This document shows, in pieces, positions 28,374 through 37,646 of a DNA stretch of 64,000 bases (position 1 is the stretch's first letter; each line of letters begins with the position of its first letter). The DNA is from Oscillospiraceae bacterium (GTDB taxonomy: Bacteria; Bacillota; Clostridia; Oscillospirales; Acutalibacteraceae): NCBI GenBank assembly GCA_009779995.1, contig WRDW01000003.1:2392-66391 (forward strand), read 5' to 3'. The position numbers and the translations under genes are program-made. A model generated the notes under the pieces. That model was not told the DNA's origin. It saw only the letters and a list, made by a program, of their open reading frames with translations, and ran no database searches.

Positions 28374-29882
28374 CTAAAACCTCGTATAGACGAACGCCGA
28401 GGCGTCATATCCCAGGCCGTAGACGCCGAAGACCAGAATCGCCAGCACCAGCAGCAGCCAGAAGGCCGCCGGGAGCCTGCGCAGGCGCTTTGTGCCGATC
28501 AACAGCAGACAAATCCCCAGGCCCGCCACGAGCCAGTCCAGCCAGGGCAGCACCTGCAAAGCTTCGCTCAAAGCGCCAAAGTGCGGCCTGATAAAGATAG
28601 ACGCGAAGCGGGAGAATGTGAGGGGGACATCGAGATAGATGTCGAAAGCTCTGATAAAGGCCATGAGCAGGAAGGTGCGGGCGATTTGGAAGGCGTCGTA
28701 GGCCTTGCCATTCATCTTCGGGAAGCGCGTGTGGAATTTGCCGTAGAGGGGCTGCAACTCTTGTGAAATTAAGATCACCACGCCGTTGGCGAGGCCCCAG
28801 GCGATGTAATTCCACGCCGCGCCGTGCCATATGCCCGTGACGAACCAGGTGACCATCGTCGCGATGTACACCGGCGCGCGCCGGGCGAGCTTGGGATGCT
28901 TCTGCTTGATTTTTGCTGTCAATTTCTGCAATGGCTTGGCCACTGATACAGGGTAGAATACGTAGTCCCGGAACCAGGTGCCCATGGTGATGTGCCAGCG
29001 CCGCCAGTATTCGAAAATATTTTTTGACCGGAAGGGCGAGTCGAAGTTCTCTTCCATTTTGATGCCGAAGCACTCGCCTATGCCGATGGCGATATCGATG
29101 CCGCCGGTGAAATCGCAGTAGAGCGCCGCCGCGTAGACGACCATGTTCAGCAGGGCGGATATGCCGTCAAGTTTGGGCAGGTCACGCAGGGCAGGGCCAA
29201 TCAGGCGCTCGGCGATCACCAGCTTCTTGAAATAGCCGAATATCATTCTTTGCGCGCCTGACTGAAAACTGTCCCAGTCGAATTTGCGTGGAGCGAGCAG
29301 GGTTTCGCTCAAATACTCATAGCGGCTGATGGGGCCCATCCACACCTGTGGGAAGAAGATCGTGAACAGGGTCAGCTTGGCGGGGTTTTTCTGGGCGCGA
29401 ACCTTGCCCCAGTAGACGTCGATGAGATAACCCATGATCCTGAACGTGTAATAGGAAATGCCGAGAGGGATCAGGATTTCAAACCTGAGGGCGTCCTCCA
29501 GCGTGCCCTTCAGCGAAGTGCTCTTCAGGACGATCATGAAGGCCATGATACCCAAGTTCACTGCCAAGCCTAAAATCAGCCAGCGGCGCTGCGCGCGCTT
29601 TTGCACTGCGTTGTAGGCTTTGCGCTCCTCACGCGATAACTCTGCTCTGTGTTCGGCGACATAAGCCTTTTGCCTGGCCTGCATCGTATCGATGCGCCAC
29701 GCGATGAGCCATGTGCTTATGACAGTGAACAGCACATAGCACAGCCCCCGCCAGCCGGCAAAAGCGTAGAAGCCCAGGCTGGCCAGCAGCAGCAGGGGCC
29801 AGCGGGTCTTCATGGGCAGGGCGTAGTACAGCGGCATCAGCAGGGCAAGCCCGCCGACGAACGCAATGCTCGTGAGCGGCAA
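28374..29882 (-). CDS. MBOAT family O-acyltransferase (DltB/AlgI-like)
   Basis: 502 aa, polytopic. ..FWRRWHITMGTWFRDYVFYP.. includes the MBOAT catalytic His region. Confidence 0.9.
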   Translation of the reverse strand: MPLTSIAFVGGLALLMPLYYALPMKTRWPLLLLASLGFYAFAGWRGLCYVLFTVISTWLIAWRIDTMQARQKAYVAEHRAELSREERKAYNAVQKRAQRRWLILGLAVNLGIMAFMIVLKSTSLKGTLEDALRFEILIPLGISYYTFRIMGYLIDVYWGKVRAQKNPAKLTLFTIFFPQVWMGPISRYEYLSETLLAPRKFDWDSFQSGAQRMIFGYFKKLVIAERLIGPALRDLPKLDGISALLNMVVYAAALYCDFTGGIDIAIGIGECFGIKMEENFDSPFRSKNIFEYWRRWHITMGTWFRDYVFYPVSVAKPLQKLTAKIKQKHPKLARRAPVYIATMVTWFVTGIWHGAAWNYIAWGLANGVVILISQELQPLYGKFHTRFPKMNGKAYDAFQIARTFLLMAFIRAFDIYLDVPLTFSRFASIFIRPHFGALSEALQVLPWLDWLVAGLGICLLLIGTKRLRRLPAAFWLLLVLAILVFGVYGLGYDASAFVYTRF

Positions 29883-30113
29883 TTATTCGTCCTCCAGACG
29901 CCGGATGAGTTCCCAGATGGCCGCGGCCGAGTGGAAGTGGTCGGGGTCGCCCATGAGGCTGGGCGGGAACTCCACATCGAATTTCTCCTCGATGGCGGTG
30001 ATAAGCTCCACCATCTCCATGGATTGAATCAGCGGCCCGTCCACGCGGGCGTCGTAGGCGGTGAAGTCCACGTCGGGGTAGAGGTCGTTTAGGATTGCGA
30101 GCAGGTCGTCCAT
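29883..30113 (-). CDS. Acyl/D-alanyl carrier protein (DltC-like)
   Basis: 76 aa. ..LIQSMEMVELI.. has Ser at the phosphopantetheine position. Abuts the MBOAT start. Confidence 0.8.
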   Translation of the reverse strand: MDDLLAILNDLYPDVDFTAYDARVDGPLIQSMEMVELITAIEEKFDVEFPPSLMGDPDHFHSAAAIWELIRRLEDE

Positions 30114-30125
30114 GGGGTCTCCTTC

Positions 30126-30215
30126 AATGCTTAATTCTTAATGCTTAATGCTTAATGAATGCGCGCCGCAGGCCGTTCCCCAATTAAGAATTAAGCATTC
30201 AGCATTGAGCATTTC
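30126..30215. repeat. Palindromic heptamer-repeat element (GCTTAAT family)
   Basis: aatgctt aattctt aatgctt aatgctt aatgaat, 21-nt loop, then the inverted units aattaag aattaag cattcag cattgag. The right arm encodes the last residues (CSMLNA) and the TAA stop of the dltA-like gene. Confidence 0.9.
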
Positions 30216-31705
30216 AGCCCGTTCCTGTCAATCTTGCCGTTGGGCGTGAGGGGCAGGGCTTCCAGCTGGTGGATCACGTTGGGCAGCATATATTGCGGCA
30301 ATTTTGCCTTCAGTGCCTCATTTAAGTCAGCACGCAAAATATCGCCCGCGTAGCAGAGAATGATTTTTTTCTTCGCGTCGTCGAAGAGGCAGCAGGCAGC
30401 GTGGAGGCCCTCCACGCTGTGGGCGGCGGACTCAATCTCCCCCAGCTCGATGCGGTATCCCGCGCGCTTGATCTGGTAGTCCTTGCGTGACAAAAAGAGC
30501 AATTCGCCGGTTTCGTTGTACTGCGCCAAATCCCCGGTTCTGTAAATTTTCTCGTCATAGCGGCCATGCAGCGGGTTCTGCGTAAAGCTCTGGGCCGTGC
30601 GCGCGGGGTCGGCGTAGTAGCCCAGGGTCAGGCAGGTGCCCCGTATGCAGATTTCCCCGGGGGTGTTCGGCTGCTCGACGCGCTGATTTTGCTCATCGAG
30701 CAGGAACACATCTGTATTTTTAAACGGCCCGCCGATGGGGACTTTGTCGCCTTCGAAATCATTGGGCAATGCATAGAAACAGCTCATGCCGGTGGCCTCT
30801 GTGGGGCCATACAGGTTGAGAAAACGGGCTTCCGGGCAGGCCTTGCGCCAGGCTTTCAATTGCTTGACGGGGAAGACCTCGCTGCCGAAGGCGATTGTGC
30901 GCAGGTGCTCCGGGCGCAGCTCGTCCAGGATGCGCAGCGCGGCGACCATGGTGAAGGCCGAGGCCACCCAGCAGACTGTGTTGACGCGCTTCTCGTTGAG
31001 AAATTCGATGAGCTTCAGGGGAAAACTAAAATATTGCTTCGGCACGAACCAGGTGGTTGCGCCGAACATAAGCGTGGGGTAGAGCTCCTTCAGGCAGGCG
31101 TCCACGTAGAGCGGGGCCTGGTTCCCGAAAATCGTGTCTTCATTGATTCGCAGCACCTGCGACAGGTTTTCGACATAGTCAATCACCGAGCGATGGCAGG
31201 CCGCCACGCCCTTGGGCTTGCCCGTGGAGCCCGAGGTGAAGACCACGTAAATCGGGTCTGTGTCAATCGCGCGGCTGCGAATTTTTCGCAGGGCAATATC
31301 ATCAATCGGCGTTTCCAGCAGCGCGTCATAGCAGAGGGCTTCACCCTGAAAATCAAGGCCCGCCAGCGCGGCCCGCGTCGATTGGTCATAGATGACGGCC
31401 CTGGGCTGAAGCAATGCAAAGATGAGCTCGATGCGATGCCGGGGCATCTCCTCGTCCAGGGGGACATAGAAGCAACCGGCCCGCAGCGCGCCGAAGAAGG
31501 CCGACACCGCCGCCGGGCCCTTGCCCATGAAGACGACCACGGGCTCGCCGCAGAAGCCCCCCAGCGCCAGCGCCGTGCCGATTGCCCGCGAGCGCCTGTC
31601 CAGTTCGCCGAAGGCAAGCCGCAGGCTATCGTCGCAGAAGGCCGGTTTCTCCGGCAATCGCGCGGCGCTCTCGTCGAGGTATTCCAATACGTTGATGCGC
31701 GGCAT
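30191..31705 (-). CDS. DltA-like adenylation enzyme (amino acid--carrier protein ligase)
   Basis: 504 aa. ANL-superfamily motifs FTSGSTGKPKG, YGPTE, YRTGD, GKIDR. Confidence 0.88.
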   Translation of the reverse strand: MPRINVLEYLDESAARLPEKPAFCDDSLRLAFGELDRRSRAIGTALALGGFCGEPVVVFMGKGPAAVSAFFGALRAGCFYVPLDEEMPRHRIELIFALLQPRAVIYDQSTRAALAGLDFQGEALCYDALLETPIDDIALRKIRSRAIDTDPIYVVFTSGSTGKPKGVAACHRSVIDYVENLSQVLRINEDTIFGNQAPLYVDACLKELYPTLMFGATTWFVPKQYFSFPLKLIEFLNEKRVNTVCWVASAFTMVAALRILDELRPEHLRTIAFGSEVFPVKQLKAWRKACPEARFLNLYGPTEATGMSCFYALPNDFEGDKVPIGGPFKNTDVFLLDEQNQRVEQPNTPGEICIRGTCLTLGYYADPARTAQSFTQNPLHGRYDEKIYRTGDLAQYNETGELLFLSRKDYQIKRAGYRIELGEIESAAHSVEGLHAACCLFDDAKKKIILCYAGDILRADLNEALKAKLPQYMLPNVIHQLEALPLTPNGKIDRNGLKCSMLNA

Positions 31706-31716
31706 GATTCCCCCTT

Positions 31717-31818
31717 TATGCTTAATGCTTAATGCTTAATGCTTAATGCTGAATTGCCTTATCATGCGCCTGCTTTGCCTCAAATCATTAAGCATTAAGA
31801 ATTAAGCATTAAGAATTG
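31717..31818. repeat. Palindromic heptamer-repeat element (GCTTAAT family), second copy
   Basis: (T/A)ATGCTT x5, 28-nt loop, then inverted ATTAAGC/ATTAAGA x4. The right arm encodes the last residues (FLMLNS) and the TAA stop of the racemase. Confidence 0.9.
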
Positions 31819-32469
31819 TTCCGCCAGAACCTGCATGGCGTCGATATAGCGATCGTCAAGGCCCGCTTTGGCGAAAAGCGAGAGCTCCGTGCAGCCCAGG
31901 ATGACCTTTTCGGCCCCTTGGGCGAGCAGCGGCGCGGCCAGGGCCTCGAGCGTCTCGTTGCCCGGCATGTTGCCTGACTTTATGCCGTAAATTACGTCCA
32001 TCAGGGCCTTCCTGCCCTCCCGGGTTGGCAGCAGGGGGGCGATGCCCGCGTTTTCCAGGGCGTTCGCGAAGGCCCCGGAGACGTAGCTGCCCTCGGTGGC
32101 CAGCAGCGCGGCCTTGGTGACGCCCTGCTTTTGCAGCGTTTTTGCCGTGAGCGCCAGCATGTTGAGCACCGGCACATCCGTGGCGGCCTGCATCCCGCCG
32201 TGCCAGTGGTGGGCCGTGGCGCAGGGCACGGCGATGGCCCCGGCCCCGGCGCGCGCCAGCAGGGCTATACCCTCGGTCAAGGCTTGCAGGGGGGATTCGC
32301 CCCGCCCCAGCAAGTAAGCCGAGCGATCCGGGATGGAGGCCTTGCTGTACAGCAGCAGGTCGGGGTGGTCCTGGTCGCGGTTGGCCGGGCACAGGCGCAC
32401 GAGCAGGTCATAGAAATAGCAGCTGGCGGCCGGGCCGAGGCCGCCCAGGATGCCGAGGGTATTATTCAA
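31795..32469 (-). CDS. Aspartate/glutamate-type amino-acid racemase family protein
   Basis: MNNTLGILGGLGPAAS.., two catalytic Cys contexts (VPCATAHHW and LGCTELSL). Confidence 0.85.
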   Translation of the reverse strand: MNNTLGILGGLGPAASCYFYDLLVRLCPANRDQDHPDLLLYSKASIPDRSAYLLGRGESPLQALTEGIALLARAGAGAIAVPCATAHHWHGGMQAATDVPVLNMLALTAKTLQKQGVTKAALLATEGSYVSGAFANALENAGIAPLLPTREGRKALMDVIYGIKSGNMPGNETLEALAAPLLAQGAEKVILGCTELSLFAKAGLDDRYIDAMQVLAEQFLMLNS

Positions 32470-33907
32470 CTATCACAACCCCCTCCGGCAATAACGCCGG
32501 GTCGTAGGTGTAAAAATCGGGCTGGTTCGTGGCGCGGCAGAAGGCCTGGGCCTGGGATTCGGTCATCATGAAGCCGTTGTTCGGGCGGGACTCCGGGCGC
32601 TTGACGCGCGTGGCGTCGAAGTGGCGCCAGCCCTCGCCGAGGTCCAGCAGCAGCCAGTAGTGCGCCATATCCGTGCCGGGGACGCGGTGCACGTCCACGC
32701 TCTCGATGCCCACGCGGTCCAGCATGTATTTCGCCAGGGCGTAGTAGGTGTAGCAGTCCCCCCGGCGCAGCTGCAGGCCGTTGTACGCGCCGTCGAGCAC
32801 GTCCTCCTTCTCGCCGTCGTTGGTGTAGGCGATGTTCTCCAGCACCCAGTAGTGGATGGCCTTGGCCTTCTGGGTATCGGTCATGCCCGCTGAGATGATC
32901 TCGGCCAGGATGGGGTCGGCCAGGGCGTCGACTTTTTCCTTTGCCACCGGCAAAACCGTGACTGTAACTTGTACCTCTACCGCCTGGCCGAGGGCGTCCA
33001 CGGCGCTGTAGAGGGCGCTGTATTCCCCCGGCTTGTCCGTATCCACGCCGCCGCTGTCCACCTGGAGCTCGATCACGTTGCCGCGCGCATCGAAGGCCTC
33101 GACGCCCGCGCGGTAGGCGATGTTGTCGTAGCGGTTGACCGTGATGTCCTTCGCGCCACGGATGATGGGGGTCACGGCGTCGCCGCTGATTTTTAGACTT
33201 GCTTTGATTTCGGTCTGGTTGCCGCCCTCGTCGGTGATAATCACGGTGATATTCTGCGTGCCTCTGAGAAAAAAATCCGGTTCTTCGGCGAAGCGCAGCG
33301 TCACCTCGGATTGGTCGAATATATCGCGCGTAAAATCGCCGGGCTCCCAGGGCTGGCCGGGCTGGCCCTCGCGGTTGACGGCCTTCGCCGTGGGCGCTAT
33401 GGTATCCGCCACGCGCAGCGTGAGGGGGAAGCTCTGGCCGTCGAGCCGCAGCGTGACATGGTGCTCCCCCAGGGCATTCAGGGCGGGCGGCGGCGCGGCG
33501 AAGGAGGCGGAGAGGTTCGCGGCGCTGTCGAGCAGCAGGTCTTGCGGGGTGAGCAGCGAGGGCGCGGCTCCCAGCTCGAAGGTGAGCTCCCGCAGGCGCA
33601 GCAGGCGCAGCCTCGCGCTCGCGCGGCCCTTGCGGCCCTCGCCGTCGGCCAGCAGCAGGCGCACCCGCTGCGTGCCGCGCTTTTCCATGTCCGGCGCTTT
33701 GCTGAAGCTGACACTGACGCCCTCCGGTGTGTAAACGAAGGCCTCCGGCCCCAGCGCGCACAGCCCCGCGAGGCTGACCCTGTCGTTCGCCTCGGCCTTG
33801 AGCTTCGAGCCCGGCAGCAGCAGGCAAAGCGCCAGCACCACAGCCGCCGCGGCCAGCCCCGCCGGGACGAGCATTTTCTTACGGCTCAAGCGTATACCCT
33901 CTTTCAC
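32462..33907 (-). CDS. Membrane-anchored transglutaminase-like protein with Ig-like repeats
   Basis: N-terminal TM segment. The C-terminal core ..RRGDCYTYYALAKYML..HYWLLLDLGEGWRHFDAT matches a Cys-His-Asp transglutaminase-like core. Confidence 0.8.
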   Translation of the reverse strand: MKEGIRLSRKKMLVPAGLAAAAVVLALCLLLPGSKLKAEANDRVSLAGLCALGPEAFVYTPEGVSVSFSKAPDMEKRGTQRVRLLLADGEGRKGRASARLRLLRLRELTFELGAAPSLLTPQDLLLDSAANLSASFAAPPPALNALGEHHVTLRLDGQSFPLTLRVADTIAPTAKAVNREGQPGQPWEPGDFTRDIFDQSEVTLRFAEEPDFFLRGTQNITVIITDEGGNQTEIKASLKISGDAVTPIIRGAKDITVNRYDNIAYRAGVEAFDARGNVIELQVDSGGVDTDKPGEYSALYSAVDALGQAVEVQVTVTVLPVAKEKVDALADPILAEIISAGMTDTQKAKAIHYWVLENIAYTNDGEKEDVLDGAYNGLQLRRGDCYTYYALAKYMLDRVGIESVDVHRVPGTDMAHYWLLLDLGEGWRHFDATRVKRPESRPNNGFMMTESQAQAFCRATNQPDFYTYDPALLPEGVVIVE

Positions 33908-33946
33908 AACACAACATCCTGTTTAATATGACTCCCCCATGCCATT

Positions 33947-33975
33947 ATTATACTATATACGCGCGAGGTTGTCAA
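33947..33975 (-). promoter_or_regulatory. Promoter of the TGase-racemase-dlt-like operon
   Basis: Minus strand: TTGACA, 17 nt, TATAAT. Confidence 0.55.
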
Positions 33976-34004
33976 GGGGCGGGAGGGGAAAGTGTGGGCA
34001 ATCC

Positions 34005-34200
34005 CCCGGTTCAACGCTCGCGTGGACACCCCCCGGCGCTAACGGCTCCTGCGGAGCCGCGCGCCTCCCCCCTCGCAGGCGAGGGGGGCTTTAAACCTCT
34101 GCGCTGTACATAGCTTTTCGATAGAGCAATCCCCCTGCCCCCCTCGCGTGCGAGGGGGGTGGCCCGTTAGAGCCGGGGGGTGTCCACGCGAGGGGGGCAC
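34005..34200. repeat. Cluster of GC-rich REP-like palindromes
   Basis: CCCCCCTCGCAGGCGAGGGGGG, CCCCCCTCGCGTGCGAGGGGGG, GTGGACACCCCCCGGC / GCCGGGGGGTGTCCAC. Confidence 0.7.
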
Positions 34201-34213
34201 AGGCCGGAGGTGC

Positions 34214-35626
34214 TCACCACCCGAAATACTTCTCCCGCTGGGCCTTCATCCGGCCCGAGAGCAATTCCAGGGTTTCCCTGGCCCCCGGCTCGCCGTTGGC
34301 GTAGGCCTTCATCGCGCGGCCCTCCTCGAAGCACAGCTCGTCGTGCAGGGGGAACCAGTTTTTCTCCAGGAAGCAGGCGTAGCGCACGAAGCGCCACTCC
34401 CCCACGAAGCGGGGCATCTCGTCTATGGTGTCCACGGCGACGGAATAGAAGTTCAAAATCGAGTCGATCAGGGCGGCGCGCCCGTTCTCCGGGGAGAAGA
34501 CGTAGGTGCAGCACAGGTGGCTGTTGCGGCTGCCCACGCTGTTGTGGCTGTCCGTGCTGCCCACGATGGGGTAGCGGCGGCCCTTGGCCCAGTCAAGATA
34601 ATACCCCGCGCTCTGGAAGCCGTTTTGCTCGAAGTTGTTCTCGCCGCCGAGGACTTCATACGCCCCGAAGGGGTGGGACTCCATCATGGCGCCGACAAAA
34701 GCCGGCGGGATGTGGAATACGTTGGCGATCCAGTAGGGGTGGCAGAAGATGCCGAGGCCTCCGCCCCTCTTGATTTGGTCGAAAATCCAGTGGCAGGAGG
34801 CGTAGGTCCAGCGCTCGCTGCCCTGAAGGGAGGCGGGGATGTCGATTGTGAACATGTACTGGTCGACTTCACGCCAGTATTGCTCCCAGCTGCGCACGGG
34901 CGGGGGATTCGGGATCACGGCGCGGCGGGGGTCCTCGTCGCTGGAGGAGCCCGCGTCCTCGTCGTGCACCAGGGCGTTGACGCTGTAATCCCCGCCGAAG
35001 TTGACGATGTGCACGCTGTTCAGGTGCTGCCGCGGCTGATCCTGCTTGTCGTCGCTGGGCAGGTGGACCTCCTCGCCGGGCACGAGGCACAGCTCAATGG
35101 GGACGTCCTCGTAGGCCTCGATGGCGTCCAGGGAGGGGTAGTACCTGTGGTGGTCGGTGATGGCCAGGAAGTCGTAGCCGGTTTTGCGGTAGTCGGCGGC
35201 GACGACCTCCGGGGCCTGCCTGCCGTCGGAGCGGAAGGAGTGCAGGTGGAGGTCGCCCCGGAAGGGGTAGCGGCCCGCGAGGTCCTCCTCCACGGCGTAG
35301 ACGCTCAGCTGCAGCTTGAATTTCCCCGAAATCAGCCTGACGAAGTACTGCTGCTCGCTGAAGAACTCAAACGTGAAGCGAATGCAGCCGTCTTCGTCCG
35401 GGGCGGCGTCGTACTCGAAGTCATTGGGCCTGTCGGGGTACTGCGAGGGCGCGCCCTCGTCCAGAGGGCAGATGGAGAGCCTGTAGCCCCCCCGGCTGAA
35501 GGCGGCGTGGCGTCCCAGGGGCTTGATCGTGATTACGCTGGTCTTCCCCACGGGGACGACCTTGGGGAAGATGTCGTAGTTGCGCAGCTCCGGCGCGATG
35601 GCGAGTTCGAGCTTGTTGGTGAACAT
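34214..35626 (-). CDS. PHP/CehA-McbA-like metallohydrolase
   Basis: ..FRGDLHLHSFRSDG..DFLAITDHH.. PHP-type His cluster. Confidence 0.7.
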   Translation of the reverse strand: MFTNKLELAIAPELRNYDIFPKVVPVGKTSVITIKPLGRHAAFSRGGYRLSICPLDEGAPSQYPDRPNDFEYDAAPDEDGCIRFTFEFFSEQQYFVRLISGKFKLQLSVYAVEEDLAGRYPFRGDLHLHSFRSDGRQAPEVVAADYRKTGYDFLAITDHHRYYPSLDAIEAYEDVPIELCLVPGEEVHLPSDDKQDQPRQHLNSVHIVNFGGDYSVNALVHDEDAGSSSDEDPRRAVIPNPPPVRSWEQYWREVDQYMFTIDIPASLQGSERWTYASCHWIFDQIKRGGGLGIFCHPYWIANVFHIPPAFVGAMMESHPFGAYEVLGGENNFEQNGFQSAGYYLDWAKGRRYPIVGSTDSHNSVGSRNSHLCCTYVFSPENGRAALIDSILNFYSVAVDTIDEMPRFVGEWRFVRYACFLEKNWFPLHDELCFEEGRAMKAYANGEPGARETLELLSGRMKAQREKYFGW

Positions 35627-35720
35627 GATTTTTCCTCCGGTTTATCTTGTAGGGGACGGCGTCCTCGACGTCCCAAGCAGAAAGTTTTTAAGGGCCAAGG
35701 GACGTCCCGAAGGCCGTTCC

Positions 35721-36569
35721 CTAGAGTCTCTTAATACCATGACACACAGGTTTACACACAAACCTCTCCGCGCACTCGAAAGTCACCGGCAGGGCGGGGG
35801 GCATTTCGCCGGGACGCCAGAGGGAAAACACCGCCGAGCCGGAGCCCGTCATGCGGGCGAGGAGAGCGCCGTTTTGCAGGCGGCTGTGCAGATAGCCCGC
35901 CAGGCCCGGCAGGGCTGCGGCCTGCTCGAACACGTTCTCGCACAGGGGGAAGGCGCTTTCCCAGCCGCCCTGCCGGACAAATTCAATAACGCGGGCTGTC
36001 TGGGGGCGCTTGATCTCGATCTGATCCAGGGAGGCGTAGGCGCGGGCCGTGTTTACACCCTGGACGGGCTTGAGGACTTCGATTTCGTATGTTTCCGGCA
36101 GACAGGGCAAGGGAGACAAAACCTCGCCTATGCCCTCGGCCAGGCGGCAGCCGCCCACCAGGCAGAAGGGGACGTCCGCGCCGACCATTGCGGCGATTCC
36201 AAGCAGGGTTTCCTCGGGCATATCCGGGCGCAGCATGTCCCGCAGGGCGGTGAGCACCGCCGCGGCGTCCGCGCTGCCGCCGCCCAGGCCCGCCCCACTG
36301 GGGATGCGTTTTTCCAGGGTGATCTTCACCCCTTGGGTCACGCCGAATGCATCGCAGGCCGTCCAGGCGATGTTGCGGCTGTCCGTGGGGATGTAGGGCA
36401 AATTGCAGATAATCTCGATGCCGGGGGATGGCGTAATTTCCACCGTGACCGTGTCGTGCAGGTCGATGGACTGCAAAAGCATGGCCACGCTATGAAACCC
36501 ATCGGGCAACTTTCCGGTGACGTCCAGGTGGAGGTTGAGTTTTGCGTGTGCACGGTAGGTGTGTTTCAT
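35721..36569 (-). CDS. ispE: 4-diphosphocytidyl-2-C-methyl-D-erythritol kinase
   Basis: AKLNLHLDV, PSGAGLGGGSADAAAVL (GHMP kinase motif). Confidence 0.9.
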   Translation of the reverse strand: MKHTYRAHAKLNLHLDVTGKLPDGFHSVAMLLQSIDLHDTVTVEITPSPGIEIICNLPYIPTDSRNIAWTACDAFGVTQGVKITLEKRIPSGAGLGGGSADAAAVLTALRDMLRPDMPEETLLGIAAMVGADVPFCLVGGCRLAEGIGEVLSPLPCLPETYEIEVLKPVQGVNTARAYASLDQIEIKRPQTARVIEFVRQGGWESAFPLCENVFEQAAALPGLAGYLHSRLQNGALLARMTGSGSAVFSLWRPGEMPPALPVTFECAERFVCKPVCHGIKRL

Positions 36570-37387
36570 ACGATCTCAATCTCTATGGGCTCTCTCTTTT
36601 GATAGAGCGTCATATATTTAAAACCGCAGCGCAGGGCCATATCCATCGCCTGGGGCAGCCCCGCGCCGAGATTTTCCGCCTCGTGGGCGTCGGAGCCTAT
36701 GGTGATCCTCGTGCCGCCGAGCGCCCGGAAGCGCCGCAGGACCCACTCGTCCGGGGTGGTTTGCGCGATTTTTTGGCGCAGTCCCGAGGTATTGATCTCC
36801 AGGGCGAGCCTGTTTTTGACCATGGCCTTCAGCACGGCGTCCAGCCGTTCGCTGTATGTCTCCCGGGGCACGGGGATGCCGTGCACGCCCTCAATGTAGC
36901 GCAGCGGGTAGGTCAGGTGGGCCAGGACGTCGCATTTGCCCCACTGGGCGAGCAGCAGCAGCTCGTCGAAGTATGCGCGCAGCATGGCTTCCGCGCGGCC
37001 CCCGGCGAATTCTTCTTTGGACATATACCAAAAATCTTTTTCGCCCCGCAGATTGTGAATAGAACCGAGCACGACGTCATATGAATACTGTTGGGTGAGC
37101 TGCTCGCTCTCCGGCAGGTTGTAGGTGGGCTGGCCGAGCTCCACCCCCGCGCAGACGATCAGCGTGCCCCGGAAGGCCGAGCGGGCCTTCACGATCTCGA
37201 AGTAGCTCTGCCGGGCCGTGCGGTCGAAGTCGCTCTCCCGATAGAAGTCCATCTCCACGTGGTCGGTGAGCGCGAGGGCGCGCAGGCCCCGCGCCACGGC
37301 GCTCTCGCAGAGAAACACCGCCGAGTGGAGGCCGTCGAAGGAGTTATCGGTGTGGGCGTGGAGGTCTAAAAGATTTTTGTAGGGCAT
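36566..37387 (-). CDS. PHP-domain histidinol-phosphatase family protein
   Basis: LDLHAHTDNSFDG.., ..GSIHN.., ..IGSDAHE.. ATGA overlap with ispE. Confidence 0.8.
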   Translation of the reverse strand: MPYKNLLDLHAHTDNSFDGLHSAVFLCESAVARGLRALALTDHVEMDFYRESDFDRTARQSYFEIVKARSAFRGTLIVCAGVELGQPTYNLPESEQLTQQYSYDVVLGSIHNLRGEKDFWYMSKEEFAGGRAEAMLRAYFDELLLLAQWGKCDVLAHLTYPLRYIEGVHGIPVPRETYSERLDAVLKAMVKNRLALEINTSGLRQKIAQTTPDEWVLRRFRALGGTRITIGSDAHEAENLGAGLPQAMDMALRCGFKYMTLYQKREPIEIEIV

Positions 37388-37415
37388 GAGGATTGCCTCC
37401 GCGTTGGTTTAGTGC

Positions 37416-37442
37416 GCGGGCGGCAAGAATGCCGCCCCTACA
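37416..37442. repeat. REP-like 27-mer, identical to 20120-20146
   Basis: GCGGGCGGCAAGAATGCCGCCCCTACA. Confidence 0.8.
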
Positions 37443-37451
37443 GATACCCCT

Positions 37452-37480
37452 ATTCTACCACCTTTTTGTCCCCCTTGCAA
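37452..37480 (-). promoter_or_regulatory. Promoter of the PHP-ispE unit
   Basis: Minus strand: TTGCAA, 17 nt, TAGAAT. Back-to-back with the rnj promoter. Confidence 0.45.
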
Positions 37481-37488
37481 TAAAAACC

Positions 37489-37517
37489 TTGACAAATTCA
37501 TTTTTTTCGCATATAAT
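37489..37517 (+). promoter_or_regulatory. Promoter of rnj
   Basis: TTGACA, 17 nt, TATAAT, followed by a ~125-nt leader. Confidence 0.6.
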
Positions 37518-37646
37518 AAAAATAGAGCAGTATGGTATGGAGCGCCGAACAGGCCTCCTGTTATAGACAAGTACATAAATGCAGCTTGCGCGGGCTTCGT
37601 ATGCAGGGAGCCTTCGCGTTGGCTACTCACCAAAGGAGAATTTTTC

